Shown here piece after piece: positions 55,367 to 64,000 of a stretch of 64,000 bases of DNA. The stretch lies in contig BDGG01000003.1 in NCBI GenBank assembly GCA_001949185.1, positions 4,318,411 through 4,382,410 on the forward strand, given 5' to 3'. Position 1 is the stretch's first letter. Each line of letters starts with the position of its first letter. A model generated the notes under the pieces. The model made no database searches, was not told where the DNA came from, and was given only the letters and a program-made list of their open reading frames with translations. Origin of the DNA: Ramazzottius varieornatus (taxonomy: Eukaryota; Animalia; Tardigrada). The position numbers and the translations under genes are program-made.

Positions 55367-56655
55367 TATCAGGTGATAAGGTATGACTTGTCGGCTCACA
55401 CCAGTCTCACATTGAAAAATCCATATCTCTCTTTTAGCGCGATCGTTTCGTCTCGTTTTTTTTGTGTCGATGCTAGTGTTCGTCTACTATCTTTCGCTGC
55501 TTTGTTCATGTTAGTTTGTTGCTTCTGCCCTCTCTGTGGAGTTATTGGCGCGCCCATGGACAAGAGCAAGTTACGGACTATTTTCGAGTATGAATTTCGT
55601 CGCGGCACCAGCGCAGCACAAACAGCCCGGAATATCAAAAACGTGTCTGGTGAAGACGCCACTAACGAACGTACGGTGGAATGATGGTATGCTCGTTTTC
55701 GTTCGGGAGATTTCAGTCTCGGAGATCACCTTCACGGAAGGCCAAAACTGAAAGTGAACAACGACGAGCTGAGAAAGCTGGTGGAGTCCGATCCTTCCCA
55801 AACGTCTGCCGCATTATCTCAACACTTCAACGTATCACTCGTGACTATCGATTTGCACCTTCGTTAGATCGGTAAGGTGAAAAAGTTGGAAAAGTGGGTG
55901 CCTCATGAACTTAGCGCACTCCAGAAAAGGCATCGTGTGAACGTGTGTCTTTCTCTCCTCAACCGTTCCAGAAATGAACCTTTCCTGCATCGAATTGTTA
56001 CGTGTGATGAGAAGTGGATTCTTTACAACAACCGGAAGCGGAAGAAGGTAATTTTGAGCCCAGGTGAAGTCCCGAAAACTATTCCAAAGCCTGAGCTTCA
56101 CCAACGCAAGATCATGGTTACTGTTTGGTGGACATTGGAAGGGATAGTGCACTATGACTTTCTTCCTCCTAGCAAAACAATAGTAGCAGACTACTACTCT
56201 CTGGAACTGGAGGAAATGATGAAGAAGCTGACCGTCAAGCAATCAAAGTTGGTCAATCGTGACAAGCCCTTTCTGTTACACGACAACGCAAAAGCTCACT
56301 CCGCGAAAAAGACTTCTGCCAAATTACGCGCCCTCGGTCTGGAAACTCTTCCTCATCCACCATACAGTTCTGACTTAGCTCCAACAGATTATCACTTCTT
56401 TTTGAAATTTGATAACTTTTTGAGAGGAAGAAAATTTAATTCCGAAGAAGCTGTGAAAAGTGCCTTCGAGAACTTCGCCGGTTCTCTTTCTCTCGTGTTC
56501 TTCCGTAAAGGCCTATCTTGTCTACCAGAAAAATGGCAAAAGTGTGTCGATAGTAATGGTGAATACTTCGATTGAAAAGGATTAGATTCAAACTGGGGAA
56601 AGTTGTAATAAAATTTTATGTTGGTGGCCGACAAGTCATACCTTATCACCTGATA
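55367..56655 (+). mobile_element. Full-length mariner (Tc1/mariner, D,D34D) DNA transposon
   Basis: Perfect 29-bp inverted ends including the TA target site: TATCAGGTGATAAGGTATGACTTGTCGGC (55367-55395 and 56627-56655). Length is 1289 bp. Confidence 0.96.
55556..56575 (+). pseudogene. Mariner transposase with two in-frame stop codons
   Basis: MDKSKLRTIFEYEFRRG... then TGA at 55682 and TAG at 55865 in the same frame. Motifs WVPHEL, TCDEKW, HDNA-(34 aa)-D, YSSDLAPTDY. Confidence 0.92.
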
Positions 56656-57107
56656 GCATCATGGCTGGTACATAGTAGTCAATGCCCACGGTGGAACATG
56701 ACTAGGCTAACATGAGTGGGCTGTACGCGCTAAGCACCGATCAGGAATTTGCATAGCATAGTGGGTTCAGTGCGTTCAGGTCCGCCTCCATCGCCTGGTC
56801 TGATTGGCTGACCACTGTGCTAATCCGACTTACTAAACTAAACAAGGCGAGTATCAGCCTCTGGAGTGTTAACGTCCGAACTTCCCAAGTTCTCGTCCTC
56901 TAAACTTTGTAGGATTCGTGTACAGGCTTGGTACAGCTTCTGTTGCAGGTACTGGCGGGCCTTTTTCCAGAGCACACCAGACTTCAGCCTACAGGAATCA
57001 TCGCAACCTGCGCCTCGCCCTTCGAAGCAGAGACCTACTCATCCCAGAGCTACCCATCCTATCCTCTTCATTTCCGGTGGGTGCTCTAGGTGAAATCGAT
57101 ACCAACC

Positions 57108-59053
57108 ATGGAAGAAGCAGAGACTGGATCGAGCAGTCCGGCCGCCGAGGAACAACCCACATCTTCCCACAATGGATCACTAGGCATACCGCAAAAGTCC
57201 TGTAGAATCTGCGGAGACACGGCGCTCAACATGAACTTCGGAGCTGTGTCGTGCGAGTCTTGTAAGGCGTTCTTTCGCAGGAACGCAGTGAAAGCTAAGG
57301 TACTATCTCACCCATCCCGTAACATTTCGACGGTAACGATGGTTTTGGCCGTTGGAAAACCAACATCCGATCTCGCCCCGATGTCAACGGATTTCGGGAC
57401 GGGGCAAATGGCTTGAATCAGATTGTTATCTCGAATGGCGCATATTTTCATTCTATAAGCTAAAAGTGTGCGCCACTTGGGAATGGGGTTGATTCATCTA
57501 GTGTACTATTTTGCAGCAGCTTTTGTGTCCCTTCGAGAATGCCTGCAACATCGACATTGAGTCCCGCCGTTGGTGTCAACACTGCCGGATGAAGAAGTGC
57601 ATCGACATGGGTATGAAGAAGGAGCTAATCCAGAAAGGCAAGAGGCCCATCGGCGACTGCGACGCGGACATGTCCTCCGTCAACGGCGAACCTTCCTCAC
57701 CGCCCCCTGAAACCTCCTCTGCACCTTCTTCTCAGTCGTCCGTATCTCCAAGGCCCCCTTCGAAAAAGATCAAGATCAAGACGGAATCTTCGTCCATCAC
57801 TTCAAGGACAACCACAGCGGTGGTCCCTGCTGAGACGCTACAAGTGATGCTGGGCAGCACTTCAGGGCTGTCAGTATCCTCACCTTCCCCTTCTGCTGAA
57901 TCCTTTTCTTCCGTCAATTCCAATGGCGACGCTGCGCTTCTCGATGGCTGTGACTTGGAAGTTCTGTGTTCTTTCGAGAAGGAGAAAGTCGTCGAGCTCA
58001 TTCGTGCGAACGAAGTACATTGTAGAATTACAGTCCTCGTGAACGGTCGTTAGAAGTCGGTTTTCAGGTGTTATTTTTTCGTAGGAAATGATTGAATCGA
58101 ATCCTTCAGAAGACACCGTTGCAGGTATGTCCAAGCGTATTTGGGACGTGAGCAAATGAACTGTTCCAGATCCTTTTCAAAGTGGCGCGTATTGTAGTTT
58201 TTATTGGCTGGAAGCCTGCGCGACTTGGACAAACGATCTGGCTCAGCTCGTTTACCCACGTTCCATTTCTTTTCTCCGTGAAAGGTTTTGGTGCTGTAAT
58301 GTTCCGTTTTACAGTGCGGCGTCAGGAGAACGTTCGGCTCGTTGATGTTATCAACAGTAAGCTATGCTCCGACCTTCAGATTAATCTGTCAGTCCGATCT
58401 GTGACCGAATCAACCGTTACAGACTTAACTTGCCACTCATTTTTCCTCATTTTCCAGTGACGGATATCGCCATAAGGCGACTCATTAAAATGTGCAAGCG
58501 TATTTCCGGCTTCAAGAGTCTCATCCAAGAGGATCAGATCTCCCTCCTCAAAGGCGCCTGCTTCGAGATGATGATTCTCCGGGCAGTCACCCACTACAAC
58601 CTCGAGAAGGACTGCTGGCGAGGTCCACTCGAAACCATGATCAAGGTAGACGTCCTCAAAGAAGCACGAGGTAACTGTTACGAAGAAATTAAGGCTTTCA
58701 TACACTCCTTCGCTCCCGAGTTGCGCAAAGACGAACGGTTGCTTCTCATACTCGGCGCCATCACACTGTTCCACCCTGGTAGACCGACGCTAGAAATGCG
58801 TGGTCAGGTTGCGGCACAGCAATCGCTGTATTACTTCATTCTTCATAGTTATATTAGAGCCAAGTATGGCAAAGGGGGACTTGGGACGACAGAGCAGTTG
58901 TACATGCAGATGACGGCGAAGGTGGACTTGCTGCACTTGTTGAATGATAGACATATCAGCATGTTCATGGAAGTCAACCCGAAGGATGTAGAGCCGTTGC
59001 TGATCGAGATATTCGACCTGAAAATGGCCGTGGCGAATACGCAGAAACTGTAA
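57108..59053 (+). CDS. HR96: Nuclear hormone receptor HR96 / NR1J family
   Basis: C4 zinc fingers CRICGD..NFGAVSCESCKAFFRRNA (P-box ESCKA, typical of NR1J). LBD DIAIRRLIKMCKRISGFKSLIQEDQISLLKG; AF-2 PLLIEIFDL. Confidence 0.9.
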
Positions 59054-60759
59054 AACGTTCCTGATTTCTATACTCTTACCAACCGTTGTTCTCAAATTAA
59101 CACTTTCCAAACCAGTGATTCTTCTTTGTATGACAAAAGACTTGTTCTGACTAGCTGAAATTTCCTGACGTTATGAGAGAGCATTCGCTCGATTTTTGCT
59201 GATAGCAGGATTTTCATGGTTCTGGTTTGTTTTTCCGCTGTTTTCACCAGCACAATGTTCAGAGAACCTCTTATCATAAAAAAGTTTCGGATATGGTCCA
59301 CTACTGCTTTAGTGATGACGTGGGAAATGGTTCGACGAGGACACTTCGTGGTGTGTCAGTCTTGGGAAAGGGACCCAGTGGGTTCTTGCAGGCTGTAAGC
59401 AGTGTATTGGTCGTTCACAACTCTGTACCGCATCATAGTCCTGGAAGAGATCTTGCATGGTTAGCAGGAACGATTTAATAAATCATATTGGAGATAAACG
59501 TACAAAATCATTCTGTCAAGTGGCGCACTTTTCCATTGTTGTTGGGGTAAGTATGCGCCACATTCTCTAGCGACTTGTACGTTTAATTTGCCGGCCTTTC
59601 AGGTAGGGTTACACGATAGGGTTCGACAGCAAAAACGAATAATTCTTACCGCCTGTATTTTTCTCGAGCCTCTAAGGCGGCTTTCTGCTTCCGGACGACG
59701 CAACAAATGATACAAATTCCAGTTATGCAAAACAGAGCCACAGCCGAAGTGCATCCTATTATGACCGCAACTTCACCGGAAATGAAAGAGTTGTCCATCC
59801 CTTAGTTTCGGAGTTAACTCGATAAGGCATTTCACGCAGCATCTGGCCATAAATCACGGCGTGGATCCAGGCGTTCTAAATTTTCAAGCCTGAAATAACA
59901 AAGAGCGAACTTCCGGCCAGCGCGAAAACTATCCGCGAAGTTCTGTACCGCTCGACGAACGGTTCAAGAACCCGAAGCACCTCACTCGAGATTGAACGAC
60001 TCAATCGGCCGTAAGGAATGACATCAGAAAGTCCTATTGGACAGTCTAGACACTTTTGGAAGTGTAAGTGAAAACATACCATTGTGGTCGGAAATTTCGC
60101 TGACGAGCTCGCAGTATGAAGCCATACAGACCTTCTGTGACTGTCAGCCGAACAAGTGATCGTAACCCGGCCAATTTTCTAAGACGTAAGCAAACGTCTG
60201 CCGTAAGTAGGCGGTAAATTAAGAACCACTGCCGAGACTTTGTTTGTTTGTCAGTAGTTCGTCAGGGATTAGATCGATACAAGAGACTCCATTATGTCTG
60301 AAGCCTTCCTTGTTTTTCGCGATTCAGCAGGTGCGGTAACGGTTCTACTGCGCGAAGTGATGACGCAGAATACTCGGAGGTTAAGTGTTAATAATGGTCG
60401 CGCAGTAAAACTTTGTCCGTGTTTTGATATGATGATGATTACACTTTCTCATGGTACCGGTATCATCAAGCGCTTCCTGCTCCGTAACCGGCGTAACGAT
60501 AGCGTGACAGGCCGAAACTGTCTGCACCTGACATAGGTCCTGTGTCACTCCCGCCGTCGCTCGGGAATAACTCGGTCTCATCAGATGATACTCTAAACCT
60601 CAAATTCTTATTTGTCGAATTTGATTAGGCTATCGGAATGAATCCTCTGGGGTCACAGTCATATTGATTGCCAACATCCAGACGGACACTCTGCCCTGAC
60701 GGACCGACACGGTACACACTGTATGCAACAAGGAAATCCTCGATCTTTTCATCCACCTT

Positions 60760-60895
60760 CATACATCGAACCGCATCAAGCACAAGGGTCGCTGTATGCA
60801 GGTAGATGGAGAAAGGTTTGAATCTTTCATTCGCCTGCGTACATCGACACGCCCCACACAAATGGGTCGCTGTATGCAGGTTGGTGAAAAGTGGC
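60760..60895. repeat. Imperfect ~78-bp direct repeat (2 copies)
   Basis: acatcga...gggtcgctgtatgcaggt occurs at about 60786 and 60864. Confidence 0.55.
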
Positions 60896-63800
60896 CAGTT
60901 TGTTTGAATGATCGTCCCGAATTGGGCTGTCACATGTTTCAGTTTTCAGCGGGAGCGTCAGTCGCAAGAAGAAGTGAGTGGCCAGAGTCGTCGCAGGGAT
61001 CAGACTGGTGGGATCAATCGGGGCGAGATCTGGGAGAAGTTCTAATCCTGTTAATACAGCACAAGTTAATCCCTTGATAGAAAGTGTCGTAACAAATAAA
61101 CTTTACTTAAAGCAAACAAGTACTCTGTCGCTATATTGAATAGCCTCCATAGAAAGGCGAAGAGCCTAAATCAATAACCATCAAGTCTATCGCACACTAT
61201 CAAACTTGCAGTCACCATATGTGGCGGGAAGTAGTCATCAAAACACTACCCCATGTTTTCCATCCCATACATGCCACACTTCCTCATACATTTTTAATTT
61301 AGTAGCTCGACGGAACAGAACCAACCAAGCCCGTCGTCAATTTTCGTCGCTTCGGGAAACATTGCCGTACCTAAATATCAAAATACACCACTTTTGAAAT
61401 TCGACGTGAAATTTACGAGCGAAATCACCAGAAAAATTGCGACGTCGGCACATTCACTGAACGTGGTCTTTTTATCAAGTGGCGCATACTTTCGGCCAAT
61501 AATAATGCAAAAGTGCGAAACTTCAGACAACCATCATGCTCAATTCGTTGCCAATTAATTTTTATACGTCCAGTTAATTTCGAAAGGCCAAGAATAAGCT
61601 CGAAACTCGAGCTTATTCGTGGATTCATTCGAGAGAGTTTCGGAAATGGATCAAGGAACATACGGCGAATGTCAATACAGGGGAATCGTGCACGCAAAGC
61701 TGCTCGCGACCGTAGCCGTAAAACCAGCATCCGGCTGGATTCCCGGCGTATTTGGTCTGTGATACTTGGATGTCCCGGTGGTATAAGTACAGGTGTAACG
61801 CGATCGCTTTCCTGGTCGTTTATTACCGAATTGCCCCATTTTACACAGCAATTTCATGGATATGGGATACATGGTTCCTTTATGGACGTGTTGTCTCGAA
61901 TCACGATGCCACGCCCTTTGGAAGGATTCCTTGAGCAAGCCTTACCGAAGGTTTCTCTACCGCAGCCGTATATTGTGGATACGGAAAAAGAATATTTCTA
62001 AATATGTTGTGGTATTTTTCATTTCGTTAATTAATTAATTTAACTGCATTTGAGCAAAGGACATAACGGTGGTTACGCACAGCGCAACGCGCCCAAATGA
62101 AATAATTTATACGGCATGACATATGGGCGGCACGCGCGTACGGTACCAGATTGACATGTCCGAGGAGCGGAATCGGTTAGAGACAGGAAGCTGCAAGGAT
62201 ATACTTAACGTCCTTAACGTCCATGATCCCGGTAATATCTTTTGCCCCCATTTCCCTACGATCTAGCTGGGCACGGCATATCCATGCGGGTCCGTATCGA
62301 TATCAGTTGTCAAATTTCACTTTGACACTGCGGTACCGAATTTAGTACCATTCGTTCATCCTGGAAAGATCGTTCTTTTTATTCGAATTAAATACAATAC
62401 CTGACGTATTGCAACCCACGGTGGCAGGGAAATCATTATTGTAATGTGACAAGTCCACGAAACGAAACAGCTGGACATCCAGAGCCTACCTTCTGGCCAT
62501 CGATTGAAGCTTGGTTTGTGGCAACATCATCAGTTCGATTCTGTCGTCCGAGTCCATCTGAAACCAGAGCAGAATACAGGTGAGTCCGCGAGATCAATTT
62601 TGGTTTGTAGAATTTCAGCAGTACATAGGGATGACAACGAGGAGGCGACGACATAGATGTGTATGGTGTGTGCTGATGGTGACCTTGTCATAAAGAGCCG
62701 AGCATTCTGACTGTGAAAACTGATTGTCGAGCTGACGAGCTTCCTCATCTTCAAGGAAGACGTTTCTTATCGTAACTGACAGCACCTGGAGTCAGTTCCA
62801 TATCAAAAAGCTGGGCGGGCACCGTCAATCATTGCTCCTGTTACGTATCCCTTCATTACGGCGAAAAGGTTGTCATGAATTTATAATGGCCCAGTATCAC
62901 GTCATCCCCCTTACTGCAACAAAGACCACAGACGAGACTGGATACTGGTCAACAAATAGTCGTGCGAAAGACAGAAGTATTCCTGGCGAAATCAAAGGGA
63001 GTGAATTTTAGGCTTTTAGCTAGAGAATACTTATTTAAGAAGATTGAAAGCCTTCTTGAAAATGCGATTTCTTATTGACAGAACTTTCATCGACAGTGAT
63101 ATTAGGTAGTTCGCGATCATCAGAGACTCATGGAAAGTCCATGTGACCTTTGAAAGTCTGATGGATGAAGTCCCACATATCAATATTCGGTGTGCATCAA
63201 CACCATGTTACAGGAAGCTTTAGAATGCTCATTGCGTTTTGATCCACCAAGCAGGAAGTCATTTCGATGTATAATTATGACCTACTGTCGTGCTTTTGCT
63301 GTCAAATTAGATGGACGCGGCGCTTTGGAATAAAGTGGATACGAGAAAGAGGAGACGGATGAGGAAAGCTATGGGTCCCTGTTCCGTGATACACCGCAAT
63401 GATGGGATCATTGCCGTGTATCGGGAAAATAAACCCACCTCCCACCGCTCGCAGTTTGCTCTGCATCCCCACTATACGGGACGTCAGCAAAGGATTGCAC
63501 ACAGATCGAATACCCAAAGTGGCGCATGTTCGAATTACTAATGGCTGAGACGGTGCGCCACTTGGAAAGACAAACCGGGTGAATTCGTAACTCGTTTGCC
63601 TACGTCCCATTAGTACTATCAATCTCATTGTAGCGCTTCATTGTGTAAACAAGCTGTAGCGTTAAATGAGCAATAAATCTGAATAGCTCACAAACAATGG
63701 CTTAATTAAGTGTCAGAAATTGGATCTTTGTCCGACATGTACTGTTTCAATGCAAATGCCGGTTTCACAGATCGGCCCCGTGTTTATTATCGTTCGGGAT

Positions 63801-64000
63801 CAAGTCACTCTTCCTTCCCCTTCAGCCCCCCTTCAATCTTTGGGATAACAGTCGGCGTGTTGTTTAACTTTAGTAGATTTAGAGCAATCGACGGCACCAT
63901 TGACACTGTACAAGAAGTGTCAAAGATCCTGTCATCCTATCGGCGGCAATTGCCACATTGAGCTTCCTTATCATGAGTTCTATTGCAATTTATTGTGATA

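Noticed and set aside
59100-64000. Possible genes in the last 5 kb
   Set aside because: Only short ORFs without recognisable homology were found. A small hairpin (GAATAAGCTCGA-AAC-TCGAGCTTATTC, 61592-61618) is isolated and cannot be interpreted.

Overview
This is gene-dense eukaryotic (invertebrate animal) DNA with many short GT-AG introns; I read about 15 spliced protein-coding genes by hand. They are: RNF14-like RBR ligase (partial), a neuropeptide-type GPCR, MSH4, an ODAD4/TTC25-like TPR protein, an SLC46-type MFS transporter, two unknown proteins, a membrane-anchored JmjC+TPR protein, INTS8, two divergent ACF1/BAZ1-like paralogs flanking a PQLC1 gene, PIGZ, a type I membrane protein, a compact DNAJC16-like protein and the nuclear receptor HR96. 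Mobile DNA includes a full-length but inactivated mariner (D,D34D) and several MITE/foldback elements. The main unexplained signal is a dispersed ~117-bp palindromic element. Its consensus arm is AGCTCGGCAAACAAACTCGACAAGATCGTTTTCCCAAGTGGCGCA, followed by a 27-bp spacer and the inverted arm. I counted about 41 copies, all in introns or gene-flanking DNA. The core octamers and the spacer length are conserved while the spacer sequence has diverged strongly, and tandem pairs are mostly offset by 72-73 or 80-83 bp. All exon boundaries, counts and family assignments are manual readings; no database searches were run.
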